Shown: positions 24,000-33,795 of the stretch, piece by piece | Position numbering within the stretch: the first letter of the stretch is position 1 | Layout: the number at the start of each line of letters is the position of its first letter | Virus record (IMG/VR): IMGVR_UViG_2740892487_000001 | Length of the DNA: 34,714 bases | Source of the DNA: a virus | Taxonomy: Duplodnaviria; Heunggongvirae; Uroviricota; Caudoviricetes | Reading direction: 5' to 3' (one strand) | The notes under the pieces: model-generated | Seen by the model: the letters and a program-made list of their open reading frames with translations, nothing else | Database searches by the model: none | What the model was told of the DNA's origin: nothing | Position numbers and translations under genes: made by a program

Positions 24000-24306
24000 C
24001 TTCTACTCCGGCTTTTTTAGCAGCGAAGCGTTTGATAAGCGAACCAATCGAGTCAGTACCGATGTAGCCGATGAACACGCTCGTTATATAAGCGAGATTG
24101 CTACTTAGTCCGGCGAAGTCGAGAAGGTCACGAATGAACCAGGCGATGATGGCGCACATCGTTGCGTCGATTACTGTTTTTGTAAACGCACCGCCATTAT
24201 ATCTGCCGCGAAGGTACGCCATTGCAAACGCAAGGATTGCCCCGATGCCTTGTTCCTTTGCCGCGAGAATGGCGGCTAACAGGTCATGTTTTTCTGGCAT
24301 CTTCAT
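23983..24306 (-). CDS. S: Holin S (lambda S107/S105 type)
   Basis: [64 protein letters not shown]... matches lambda S, including the dual-start MKM motif. Confidence 0.95.
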   Translation of the reverse strand: MKMPEKHDLLAAILAAKEQGIGAILAFAMAYLRGRYNGGAFTKTVIDATMCAIIAWFIRDLLDFAGLSSNLAYITSVFIGYIGTDSIGSLIKRFAAKKAGVEDGGNQ

Positions 24307-24703
24307 GTCTTACCCCCAATAAGGGGATTTGCTCTATTTAATTAGGAATAAGGTCGATTACTGATAGAACAAATCCAAGCTACTGTGTTTAGTAATCAGA
24401 TTTGTTCGTGACCGATATGCACGGGCAAAACGGCAGGAGGTTATTAGCGCAACCTCATGCCACCCGCTTTCACGAAGGTCATGTGTAGAAGGCCGCAGCG
24501 TAACTATCACTGATGAATTCAGGATAGCCAGTGGCTACGGCTCAGTTTGGGTCGTGCTGTTGCTGGGCGGCGATGACGCCTGTACGCATTTGGTGATCCG
24601 GTTCTGCTTCCGGTACTCGCTTAATTCAGCACAACGGAAAGAGCACTCAATGCATTTAAGCCAAGCCCTATAAGGGAGAATGCTCTTACCTGTTGCACAG
24701 ATA

Positions 24704-24897
24704 TAAAAAATCCCGAAACCGTTATGCAGGCTCTAACTATTACCTGCGAACTGTTTCGGGATTGCATTTTGCAGACCTCTCAGCCTGCGATGGTTGGAGT
24801 TCCAGACGATACGTCGAAGTGACCAACTAGGCGGAATCGGTAGTAAGCGCCGCCTCTTTTTATCTCACTACCACAACGAGCGAATTAACCCATCGTT
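24704..24897 (-). ncRNA. Lambda-type 6S RNA (pR' leader transcript terminated at tR')
   Basis: Span from the predicted pR' start to the tR' hairpin (CCCGAAAC...GTTTCGGG + T-run at 24704-24760) is about 194 nt, matching lambda 6S RNA; sequence matches lambda as recalled. Confidence 0.7.
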
Positions 24898-24932
24898 GGG
24901 TCAAATTTACCCAAGTTTATTCAAAAAGTCAA
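24897..24932 (-). promoter_or_regulatory. Late promoter pR' with overlapping Q-utilisation (qut) region
   Basis: Minus strand TTGACT (24927-24932), 17-bp spacer, TAAATT (24904-24909); flanking sequence matches lambda pR' as recalled. Confidence 0.85.
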
Positions 24933-24974
24933 TATCATGCCGTTAATATGTTGCCATCCGTGGCAATCATGCTG

Positions 24975-25598
24975 CTAACGTGTGACCGCATTCAAAATGT
25001 TGTCTGCGATTGACTCTTCTTTGTGGCATTGCACCACCAGAGCGTCATACAGCGGCTTAACAGTGCGTGACCAGGTGGGTTGGGTAAGGTTTGGGATTAG
25101 CATCGTTACAGCGCGATATGCGGCGCTTGCTGGCATCCTTGAATAACCGACGCCTTTACATCTTCCGCACTCTTTCTCAACAACTCTCCCCCACTGCTCT
25201 GTTTTTGCTATATCAACTGCCCGACCTGTTCCGTGGCAATCTCTGCATCTTGCGCTCGGCGTCGCGGCACTACGGCAATAATCCGCATAAGCGAATGTTG
25301 CGAGCACTTGCAGTACCTTTGCCTTAGTATTTCCTTCAAGCTTTGCCACGCCACGGTATTTCCCCGATACCTTGTGTGCAAATTGCATCAGATAGTTGAT
25401 AGCCTTTTGTTTGTCGTTCTGGCTGAGTTCATGCTTACCGCAGAATGCAGCCATTCCGAATCCGGCTTGTGATTGCGCCATCCCCATAGCAGCCATCACA
25501 TCAGTACCGGAAAGAGAGTCAGAAGCCGTAGTCCGTGGTGAGTCGCTCATCATCGGGCTTTTTGGCGAATGAAATTTAGCTACGCTTTCGAGTCTCAT
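24975..25598 (-). CDS. Q: Late antiterminator Q (lambda type)
   Basis: MRLESVAKFHSPKSPMMSDSPRTTASDSLSGTDVMAAMGMAQSQAGFGMAAFCGKHELSQNDKQKAINYLMQFAHK... near-identical to lambda Q as recalled, including the CRDCHGTG...CGRCKG zinc motif. Confidence 0.95.
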   Translation of the reverse strand: MRLESVAKFHSPKSPMMSDSPRTTASDSLSGTDVMAAMGMAQSQAGFGMAAFCGKHELSQNDKQKAINYLMQFAHKVSGKYRGVAKLEGNTKAKVLQVLATFAYADYCRSAATPSARCRDCHGTGRAVDIAKTEQWGRVVEKECGRCKGVGYSRMPASAAYRAVTMLIPNLTQPTWSRTVKPLYDALVVQCHKEESIADNILNAVTR

Positions 25599-25783
25599 CG
25601 TCTTCCCTTCTTGCCCTGTTTGACCATCAGGACGCCGTTAACTATTACGTGACGCTCGCCTTTGCTGTCTCGGTTGTACTTGAGCACTGTTCCTCTTGCG
25701 CAGGAAAGCATCCTCGCCACTTCGGTCTGATTGCCTCGTGTCTGGATAAGAAGCTCTGGTATCGTTTGAATTGTGGCGTTCAT
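25595..25783 (-). CDS. ninH: NinH-like protein
   Basis: MNATIQTIPELLIQTRGNQTEVARMLSCARGTVLKYNRD... resembles lambda NinH; directly upstream of Q. Confidence 0.75.
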   Translation of the reverse strand: MNATIQTIPELLIQTRGNQTEVARMLSCARGTVLKYNRDSKGERHVIVNGVLMVKQGKKGRR

Positions 25784-26142
25784 ACGTTCTCCAGTTCGGT
25801 GATTTTTATTCCAAGCCTTCCGCCTGGTACTTTCACACCACGAATTACGCGAATGTCATCGAATTGCTCGTCGTCTTCCGCAAATCCGGCGTGGATAAGG
25901 GAGTCGAGTAAACCCTTCAGGATGTTATCGAGGTCGCGGCGGCGGGAGTCTGGAACGTCTGCGATGACTTTGATGCGGAGTCGTGATTTGGTGAAAATGT
26001 CTAACTTGAGTTGGCGGATGATTTGCTGAACGTCTTTTCGGTATTTCTCGCCTTTATCGCTGATGTAGTATTGGCTTCCCCGTCTTCGCCAGTAGGTGTT
26101 CACCGACGGCGGGTATGGAAGCACAAACTGATATTAGTTCAT
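25780..26142 (-). CDS. rusA: RusA-family Holliday junction resolvase; in-frame TAA at codon 3 (26134-26136), GTG restart possible at 26124
   Basis: ATG at 26142 overlaps the upstream stop (ATGA) and reads M N * Y Q F V L P Y P P S V N T Y W R R R G ...; the LPxPPSxN and DxxRRDLDN motifs match RusA. Confidence 0.75.
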
Positions 26143-26429
26143 GGCTTAATCTTCCCCTCCTTCAGCAGTATCGCCTGCGTCCTGATCACGCCTTCGAGGT
26201 GGTAAAGTCTGGCGTCTTTGTTGTCGAGAATCATTGTGCGTCGGTCGATTTCATCGTGACACGCGCTACAAGCCCATGCGCCGATCAGGTCGTCAGGCTT
26301 CATTCCAGTTCCGCAAATTCCAGCCATCCGGTAATGTGCCAGAACTGTAGTTTCAGGATTACCATTGCATACGCCGTAAATACGTACCTGGCATTCTCTG
26401 CCGCGCGCTTCTTTGCGTAGGTTAACCAT
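26139..26429 (-). CDS. YbcO-like small Cys-rich protein (DUF1364-type, putative nuclease)
   Basis: 96-aa ORF with a Cys/His cluster (CNGN...CSACHDEIDRR), immediately upstream of rusA as ybcO is in DLP12 by recollection. Confidence 0.6.
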   Translation of the reverse strand: MVNLRKEARGRECQVRIYGVCNGNPETTVLAHYRMAGICGTGMKPDDLIGAWACSACHDEIDRRTMILDNKDARLYHLEGVIRTQAILLKEGKIKP

Positions 26430-27153
26430 TAAGCAGCCTCTCCTGTTACTTTCAGCATTCCGTTATCGAGCAGCTTTCTGGTCAGCCACTGTTGGCCACG
26501 TCCGGTGATTTTTGTAGTGAACGATATCTGTATTCCGTGATTTGTGTTGACCGCTGTTTCTTTCACTGTGAAATAGCCGCGATCCATATATTCCTGCATT
26601 GGCACATTGCGCCGGGAACCTGAAGCAATAAGGATTTTGTGATCGCGCATCCACGCAAACAGTTTGTTTGGACCAATACCAACAACCTTTGCAAAGTTTC
26701 CAATCAAAATTCCGCTGGCCTCGCCAACGCGATCGGCAAACTCAACTTTAGGTGCGGCAATTGCGAGCTGGTTTTCCAGTTGCATTTTCTGCTCAGCAAG
26801 ATCAGCAGCAAGGCGCAACGCTTCTGGTAGCGTTTTTGGGATATTAACCGCAGTTTCTTCAAGCTCTCGCCAACGGTCAACAAGACGAGCGGTGAATTCC
26901 GGCGACAACTGAGCGACGACAATAATGCTGTCTCGCTTACCTTGTTCGCCCTCAAAAACGTAAGCCTCTACGCCACGAAGTAATCCTAAGTTATTGATTT
27001 TTTTTCGAAAACCACCATTGGGGGATTTCGGATCACACCTCGAGCCGCCAGTCGTTCAATAGATTGTTTCACCTTGTCATGACGACTTCCCACCAACTCA
27101 GCGATTTCAATGCTTGTCATTTTGATGGCATTGCCATTTATTAACTCACTCAT
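26429..27153 (-). CDS. Rha-family regulatory / antirepressor-like protein; frame broken at T8 (26998-27005)
   Basis: N-terminal MSELINGNAIKMTSIEIAELVGSRHDKVKQSIERLAARGVI (Rha-like); the C-terminal part continues in ORF 26429-26908 and is restored by a 1-nt length change in the run. Confidence 0.6.
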
Positions 27154-27322
27154 CGTCTTCTTCCTCGTACATTGAGCTATTCGGATCGCTCATCAGTTCT
27201 GCACAGCAGTGCTCACACATGTGAACTTCCAGCACATGCAGCTTCTGACCGCAGTTAGCGCACGTTAAAGCTCGCTCGACGCTTTCTTTCTGGTATTGAA
27301 GGGATTGGGATGGGCTAAGCAT
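27146..27322 (-). CDS. ninF: NinF-like protein
   Basis: [58 protein letters not shown] matches lambda NinF as recalled; below the track's 60-aa cutoff. Confidence 0.85.
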   Translation of the reverse strand: MLSPSQSLQYQKESVERALTCANCGQKLHVLEVHMCEHCCAELMSDPNSSMYEEEDDE

Positions 27323-27671
27323 TATTGGCGTCCTGCATCATGAGAAAGACAATCATGGCGGCACGGAGTGGATTGTCATATGCGACACCAACATTCGGTC
27401 CGGCATCATCAAACAAGTCCCTTGCGTTGTCTGTGGCGCACGGCATTGAGGGATTGTTTAAAATTATGCTGATGTTGTTTTCAGTGATAATCGGCCATGC
27501 GTCTGCTGGGTTATTGCAGTAGTCGTACCATCGATAATTACCATTTGCTTCATTGCCAACAGACCGTCCATCTGCGTTGTGCGGATAACCTAATGGTTTT
27601 GCCCCAACTATCGCTTTAAATACTCGCTTGTTAATTTCAAAATCACTTAACTGTGAATAATCCATTGTCAT
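27315..27671 (-). CDS. NinX-like hypothetical protein
   Basis: ATG at 27671 overlaps the ninE stop (ATGA); 118 aa; no family recognised with confidence. Confidence 0.55.
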   Translation of the reverse strand: MTMDYSQLSDFEINKRVFKAIVGAKPLGYPHNADGRSVGNEANGNYRWYDYCNNPADAWPIITENNISIILNNPSMPCATDNARDLFDDAGPNVGVAYDNPLRAAMIVFLMMQDANNA

Positions 27672-27844
27672 TTCCTCGCACGATGTCTTAGCCACCGGAT
27701 ATCCCACAGGTGAGCAGTGTAATTGAATGTTTTCACATCAGATTCTTTTGGGATTGGCTTGGGTTTATTTCTGGAGCGTTTGGTTGGAAGGTATTTGCAG
27801 TTTTCGCAGATGATGTCGGTGAAACTTCGTCGCTGTCGTCTCAT
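27668..27844 (-). CDS. ninE: NinE-like protein
   Basis: [58 protein letters not shown] matches lambda NinE as recalled; ATGA overlap with ninB. Confidence 0.85.
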   Translation of the reverse strand: MRRQRRSFTDIICENCKYLPTKRSRNKPKPIPKESDVKTFNYTAHLWDIRWLRHRARK

Positions 27845-28251
27845 TCGTACCTCCTGTCGGTAAATCTGACACCCTGACCAATAGCCCATGCTGTCGTGTA
27901 CTCAATCAGGCTTGCCATGCGCTTCACGCTCATCTGTGCGCTGCTTTCGCGAATGTTGACGTATTCGCCTTCAAGCCCGGGCAAAGCATCAGCTTCCTGC
28001 TTTGTCGCCACTGCATGACCGCTAATCAACAAAATCTTCCATTGTTCTGGTTTTAACCATTTGCCGCACCATTGAACCTGACGAGCGATATCCGCCAGCA
28101 TCGCGTGAAATTTTGCGTTCTGGTCAAGGTTGCGCTTGTAGTCAGTAATGCGGATGGTGACTGGCTTGTCTTTATCGAGTGGTGTTGCGAGGATGGCGTT
28201 GATTGCGGCTTGCTGTTGTTGCTTACTCCTGAGGAAAATTGTCTGTTTCAT
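27841..28251 (-). CDS. ninB: NinB recombination protein
   Basis: [66 protein letters not shown]... resembles lambda NinB. Confidence 0.8.
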   Translation of the reverse strand: MKQTIFLRSKQQQQAAINAILATPLDKDKPVTIRITDYKRNLDQNAKFHAMLADIARQVQWCGKWLKPEQWKILLISGHAVATKQEADALPGLEGEYVNIRESSAQMSVKRMASLIEYTTAWAIGQGVRFTDRRYE

Positions 28252-28259
28252 GGAATTCC

Positions 28260-28472
28260 TCAGTATGCGTAAAGGCTGTATCCATTTTTATTTGGCCTGG
28301 TGCCATAGCCATATAGGCTCCAGCCATCCTGTTTTCTCTCACCAAAAATATGCTTGCGGTATTCTTCCTGCTGGCGTCTCCATAGTTCCATCATGTCTGG
28401 CTGGTTCTTTTCTCGCATTTTTCGAATCTGCTCAAGGATGAACTCTATTTGCTGCTGATTTGTCATGCTCAC
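28260..28472 (-). CDS. Hypothetical protein (70 aa)
   Basis: ORF co-oriented with the nin operon. Confidence 0.4.
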   Translation of the reverse strand: MSMTNQQQIEFILEQIRKMREKNQPDMMELWRRQQEEYRKHIFGERKQDGWSLYGYGTRPNKNGYSLYAY

Positions 28473-28476
28473 TCCT

Positions 28477-28692
28477 TCACTTTAAATCCAGGTTCCGGAT
28501 AATTCTGTCACACTGAAAATCAGTATCGATTTTAACCAACCGGCGAAGAACGCGGTCACGCGGATAGCTACGTGGCTTAGGGGCGTTTTTCTGTCTCTCG
28601 CCAGTCGGAAGTCTGGAAGCAGACCAGTACCGCTTTGCACGACCAATGTTCTCCTGAAAGTCGGCGCGGACAAGCTCAACTATCGTACTCAT
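28477..28692 (-). CDS. Hypothetical basic protein (71 aa)
   Basis: ORF whose ATG overlaps the stop of the upstream small ORF (ATGA); an alternative frame, 28482-28679, is also open. Confidence 0.4.
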   Translation of the reverse strand: MSTIVELVRADFQENIGRAKRYWSASRLPTGERQKNAPKPRSYPRDRVLRRLVKIDTDFQCDRIIRNLDLK

Positions 28693-28781
28693 TTCTTAAA
28701 GCCTCCAATTACCCTCCCCCAAATAAAAAGGCCTGCGATTACCAGCAGGCCTGTTATTAGCTCAGTGATGTAGATGGTCAT
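28689..28781 (-). CDS. Small hydrophobic peptide (30 aa), putative single-pass membrane protein
   Basis: MTIYITELITGLLVIAGLFIWGRVIGGFKK; start and stop each overlap the neighbouring genes as ATGA. Not in the ORF track because it is under 60 aa. Confidence 0.45.
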   Translation of the reverse strand: MTIYITELITGLLVIAGLFIWGRVIGGFKK

Positions 28782-29047
28782 TGCTTCATCTCCCTTTCCA
28801 TTTCATCAATGTCAACGTCATCAGGAAGATGGGAGCAATACGCCGCTATACCATGATGATTTATCTCATACCCTTTGAACGTTACCATCTGGCGCGTAAT
28901 CTCAACTTCGTTCAGGAATCCGTCATCGCATAACTGCCTGGCTATTTTCGATTTGGTCTGGATTATTGGTAGTGCCTGTTCTTTCAAAGCGCATGATATT
29001 TGTGCATCCCATGCCTTTTCGAGAATGGCTAATTGTTTTTTATTCAT
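28778..29047 (-). CDS. Hypothetical protein (89 aa) downstream of the helicase
   Basis: ORF coupled to the helicase stop (overlapping TGATG). Confidence 0.5.
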   Translation of the reverse strand: MNKKQLAILEKAWDAQISCALKEQALPIIQTKSKIARQLCDDGFLNEVEITRQMVTFKGYEINHHGIAAYCSHLPDDVDIDEMEREMKQ

Positions 29048-30483
29048 CAGAATCCTCCTTTCTTCTTGGACTGCGGTTCCTCGCGTTCACGGCGGCGCAT
29101 TTCAGCAGACTGTTGGTCTGTGTCATAAATAGCGCCATTTGCCTGAATGCAGTACACCGTGCCGGTATTGCCATGACGATTGAGACGAAGGATTAGTTCA
29201 GTTTCACCAGGTGGAACACTGTCATCAAAAGCGCCTTCACGATGGATCCCGACCCAATAATCGCAATCCTGTTCAATCTGCCCTGTATCTCGTGAGTCAC
29301 TTGGTAATGGGCGTTTATTGGTTCTGCTTTCCAGTGCGCGGTTAAGCTGCGTCAGAAGCACAACAACGCAATCAAGCTCTTTGGCAAGGTTCTTCAGTCC
29401 TTTGGTGATCATGCCGTAAGCAAGGTCGTTGCGATCGGCCTTCTCAGCGGTCATTAGTGTCAGGTAATCGACCAGAATCATGCCAACACATCCTTTTTCT
29501 CGCTTGATTCGACGGCTTTCGCTGACGATTTGAGCCAGAGATAATCCCGGCGTGTCGTCGATGTAAAGCAGGTCGATTTCACTCAAGCGATTGGCTGTTT
29601 CGATCGCCCTGTTGAAGTCACCATCGTAATCACCCTGATAGCCGTCATCGGCGTCATTTGTCGCCGGAAGGTAAAAAAATATTCGGGTTAACACCAGACT
29701 TCTGCCCTACCAGTTTTTCCAGTATCTGGTCACCTGGCATTTCAAGGCTGAACATCAGAGCTGGCTTTTTCTCATGCACTGCGCAGTTGATTGCCATCTG
29801 GCTGTATAGCGTCGTTTTCCCCATCTTAGGGCGAGCGCCAATGACAAACAGAGAGCCTTTCACCAGCCTTTCGGTGACAGCATCCTGTCCAGCGATGGGA
29901 TCCCTGTGCTCATTACTCGTTGTTCGCCTGACGGGTCAAATCGCTTCTCAAGGTCGCTAACCCAGTCTTCCATGACCTCACCAAATGAGCGAAGGCCGCG
30001 ACGCGATCCGGTTTTTGCATGGTCTGTCAGTTGCGTGAAAATCGCCTGAATAGCTTCGTACTTCTGCGTTGCAGTCATTCCGTTGCGGGAATAGAGCAAT
30101 TCCGTCGCTTCAGTCATGCGGTTGATGGCGTAGCGTTCCATTGCGGTTTCACGAACCTGCATTGCATAGGCAACGATGTTTGCTGCGCTTGGCGTGTTCT
30201 TTGCGATCTCAGCGATATAAGCAAAACCGCCAACAGACGCCGTTAACGATTTGCGCTCCAGTTCATCGAAAAGCGTCAGCCCATCTACTGGCTTTTGCTC
30301 CCGGTGCATTCTGGTTATTTCTTCGAAAAGGATTTTGTGTGGTCGGCTGTAAAATGAATCGGGCTTCAGCATCGCCAGAACTTTCTGGACGCGCTCACTG
30401 CTGTCATCATCCAGAAGCAATCCACCAATCACCGCCTGCTCAGCCTCGATGCTATGGGGCGGCGCATAAAAATTATCGGTCAT
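29047..30483 (-). CDS. DnaB-family replicative helicase; frame broken near 29860-29870 and at A7 (29673-29679)
   Basis: N-terminal PPHSIEAEQAVIGGLLL; Walker A GARPKMGKTT; downstream IDDTPGLS...ILVDYLTLM. The three ORFs 29860-30498, 29654-29863 and 29047-29694 are collinear pieces. Confidence 0.85.
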
Positions 30484-31363
30484 CGTGTTCACCCTCACGA
30501 ACTTTCAGGTAGGTATTATCGTTAAGCAGGAAATCAAATCCCTTTTTGTGCCAGACGGTTCCGCGTTGATGGTTTGGGCGTTCTTCGAACATCCATCGGC
30601 AATTTTCGCCTACGTAGCTCAAATAATTTCTCCAGTCCTGCATCGTGAACCCATGCCCGTCAAGCTGGCGGGTTATCACTCCGGCTTTGCGCCAGAACGT
30701 TCGGATCTGGTTTTTACGCTTGTCATTCAGTGCGCGGATTCTTGGCGCTTCAGGAAGGATTTCGTGGTAAGCATCGACAACATCCTGACAGCTAACGGAA
30801 GGTTTTTTCTTGTCAGACTTTTTGTCTGCTGTGGCACTCTCTAATACGTCAGTATTAGAGATATTATTTATATTATTGTTTATGGACAACCGTTGGACAA
30901 CCGTTGGACAATCTCCGCTGAGAGCCGCGCCATTACTGGTGTTTGCGTTGGACAACCGTTGGACAACCGTTGGACAATTTTTTGCCTGAAAATCGTCATA
31001 TTTAACGATTGTAAACAGGCTAAATTTCTTCCCCATCGAGCAAATATTAAGCATCCCTTTCGACTCAAAAGTCCGTAATAAGCTCCGAACTTTGTTGTCG
31101 GGGATGAATGTTTCTCTGACCAGCGACGGGCGTCCAGTTATCATCTGACCGCGATCAACAGTTATCGGACCGATATCCGTATTGACGACAGTAGATTCGT
31201 GATTAGCCTTGAGGATTAAGTGAAGCCAAAGATGTACTGCCTGAGAGTCCTTATAGAGCCTGCTGTCCATAAACTGGCGGTGTATAGAGACATACCCCAT
31301 ACTGGATGCCTCCTGATGTTGTACAGGGTTATGCCTGTAATCAGCTAACTTAACGACGCCCAT
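30473..31363 (-). CDS. Replication initiation protein (O-like function; the origin iterons lie inside the gene)
   Basis: Position between cII and the helicase; the iteron arrays encode a repeated CPTVVQRLS segment inside the ORF. Confidence 0.7.
   Translation of the reverse strand: MGVVKLADYRHNPVQHQEASSMGYVSIHRQFMDSRLYKDSQAVHLWLHLILKANHESTVVNTDIGPITVDRGQMITGRPSLVRETFIPDNKVRSLLRTFESKGMLNICSMGKKFSLFTIVKYDDFQAKNCPTVVQRLSNANTSNGAALSGDCPTVVQRLSINNNINNISNTDVLESATADKKSDKKKPSVSCQDVVDAYHEILPEAPRIRALNDKRKNQIRTFWRKAGVITRQLDGHGFTMQDWRNYLSYVGENCRWMFEERPNHQRGTVWHKKGFDFLLNDNTYLKVREGEHDDR
30850..31010. repeat. Replication origin: two arrays of 11-bp iterons (CCGTTGGACAA) flanked by AT-rich DNA
   Basis: TGGACAACCGTTGGACAACCGTTGGACAAT at 30883-30911 and again at about 30947-30978, with AT-rich sequence on both sides. 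Confidence 0.8.
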
Positions 31364-31511
31364 GTTTCACTCCTGCTTTGGCTAGTCTGTAAACACCAAC
31401 AAGGCGCTCTGCGAACGCCCTGTTATTTGCTGCGGCTACCACTAATCCCTCAGGTGAATCAGGGTGTCGAATCTCTTCTTTTTCCTGGTATTTCTTACGA
31501 CGTTTTGTCAT
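31350..31511 (-). CDS. Hypothetical small basic protein (53 aa) between cII and the initiator
   Basis: MTKRRKKYQEKEEIRHPDSPEGLVVAAANNRAFAERLVGVYRLAKAGVKHGRR; ORF only. Confidence 0.3.
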   Translation of the reverse strand: MTKRRKKYQEKEEIRHPDSPEGLVVAAANNRAFAERLVGVYRLAKAGVKHGRR

Positions 31512-31543
31512 AATTACTCCTGTGGATTGATCCAGTAATTCCC

Positions 31544-31840
31544 TCAGAATTGCATATCAATTTGCTCAGAATCCTCGGTGGCAGCCGGGGATTTTTTCTT
31601 TGTGATTCCATCCAATGCATACTTAAAAGCCCTGCTAATCGGACTGATGTCTGATGCCATTCCGAAAGCACACAAGACCGAAGCAATAAATCTCCAGTCC
31701 GTTCTGCTTATCTTCGATTCATGACAGCCAATCATCTTTGCCAGACCGCGCTGGGTAAGCGTTGACAGGTTGATGAGTAAATCAGTTTCAGCGCGATCAA
31801 TTTCTCGCTGTGTTGGCTTGCTATAACTTGCTTGTGTCAT
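31544..31840 (-). CDS. cII: CII-like transcriptional activator
   Basis: C-terminus KKKSPAATEDSEQIDMQF parallels lambda CII (KKRPAATERSEQIQMEF as recalled); HTH segment LAKMIGCHESKISR. Confidence 0.8.
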   Translation of the reverse strand: MTQASYSKPTQREIDRAETDLLINLSTLTQRGLAKMIGCHESKISRTDWRFIASVLCAFGMASDISPISRAFKYALDGITKKKSPAATEDSEQIDMQF

Positions 31841-31922
31841 TTGTTAATTTTCCAATAGTGAATAGTTAGTTGAAAGGTATGCGTGGAAACGCATATGGCC
31901 TTAGTTGGTCAGATATCTTGGG

Positions 31923-31971
31923 GCTCGCTTTGTCAGCGACGTAGGACGAATGTCCATTGTGAAAAGAGCGG
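31923..31971 (-). promoter_or_regulatory. nutR: boxA-like CGCTCTTTTCACA and boxB-like hairpin GTCGCTGACAAAGCGAGC
   Basis: Located between cro and cII on the pR transcript; boxB resembles the P22-type GCGCTGACAAAGCGC. Confidence 0.6.
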
Positions 31972-31977
31972 TGTTAC

Positions 31978-32188
<211 letters not shown>

Positions 32189-32198
32189 TTAGTACAGG

Positions 32199-32272
32199 CA
32201 ACCATTATCACCGCTAGAGGTAAAATAGTCAACACGCACGGTGTTAGAAGTTTATCCCTTGCGGTGATAGAT
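32199..32272. promoter_or_regulatory. OR1-OR2-OR3 with divergent pR and pRM
   Basis: TATCACCGCTAGAGGTA (32206-32222), CAACACGCACGGTGTTA (32230-32246), TATCCCTTGCGGTGATA (32253-32269) match the lambda OR half-site pattern; pR -35/-10 sit on the minus strand. Confidence 0.85.
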
Positions 32273-32276
32273 TTAA

Positions 32277-32995
<719 letters not shown>

Positions 32996-33026
32996 TTGTT
33001 TTATTTTTCACGTAATAGGATGATTT

Positions 33027-33368
33027 ATGACACAATTTCAACTTGCATTAATCGCTAGAGAAGTTGATGGAGAAGTCATCCATCTTCGCACCAAAGACGG
33101 ATACATCAATGCCACCGCGATGTGCAAGTCTGCGGGGAAGCTACTTGCTGACTATACACGACTAAAAACAACACAAGATTTTTTTGATGAATTATCACGC
33201 GATATGGGGATTCCCATATCGGAGTTAATTCAATCATTTAAAGGCGGAAGAGCAGAGAATCAAGGGACTTGGGTTCATCCAGACATCGCAATTAATTTAG
33301 CTCAGTGGCTATCTCCAAAATTTGCAGTGCAAGTATCGAGATGGGTGCGTGAGTGGATGTCAGGTTAA
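33027..33368 (+). CDS. KilA-N domain protein, in the position occupied by rexA in lambda
   Basis: 113-aa ORF directly downstream of cI on the same strand; sequence is consistent with a KilA-N/APSES-type DNA-binding domain (judged by eye, low certainty). Confidence 0.6.
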   Translation: MTQFQLALIAREVDGEVIHLRTKDGYINATAMCKSAGKLLADYTRLKTTQDFFDELSRDMGIPISELIQSFKGGRAENQGTWVHPDIAINLAQWLSPKFAVQVSRWVREWMSG

Positions 33369-33404
33369 AGAGCGCCTGCCGAACTCCCTATCCACCTTAA
33401 GCGG

Positions 33405-33787
33405 TATATGACAAACCGAGGCAGAGTTCCTCATACGCACTTTTCTATGCTTAATGAACTGACGTTTAACTTGGTTGCGCCACTTGAACAGGCCGGATAT
33501 ACGCTGCCAGAAAAAAATGGTCCCTGATATTTCAGAGGGTAGGGTTTTCTCGCAATGGCTCCGTGACAACCGGGGGGTTGAGCCGAAGACATTCCCAACA
33601 TATAACCATGAGTACCCAGATGGCCGGACATTCCCGGTACGTCTATACCCAAACGAATATTGCAGATTTCAAACAATACTTCAACGAAGTGTGGCTGCCT
33701 CAGTACGCTCCTAAATATTTTGCTGAACGAGACCAAAGGGCATTGACGTTGATTGAGAAAATCATGCTACCTGACCTTGATTCCTAA
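33405..33787 (+). CDS. Hypothetical protein downstream of the KilA-N gene, same frame as it; frame broken at A7 (33511-33517) and again near 33640
   Basis: ATG at 33405; coding-like sequence continues through three frames (…PDISEGRVFSQWLRDNRGVEPKTFPTYNHEYPDGRTFPVRLYPNEY / ADFKQYFNEVWLPQYAPKYFAERDQRALTLIEKIMLPDLDS) and ends 9 nt before a terminator. Confidence 0.45.
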
Positions 33788-33795
33788 ATGTTATT

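Noticed and set aside
25649-26029. 126-aa plus-strand ORF opposite ninH/rusA
   Set aside because: Antisense to two recognisable genes; its Ser/Arg-rich sequence looks like a reverse-frame artefact.
28148-28441. 97-aa plus-strand ORF in the nin region
   Set aside because: Antisense to the co-directional nin operon genes and overlapping two of them; no motif and no promoter context.
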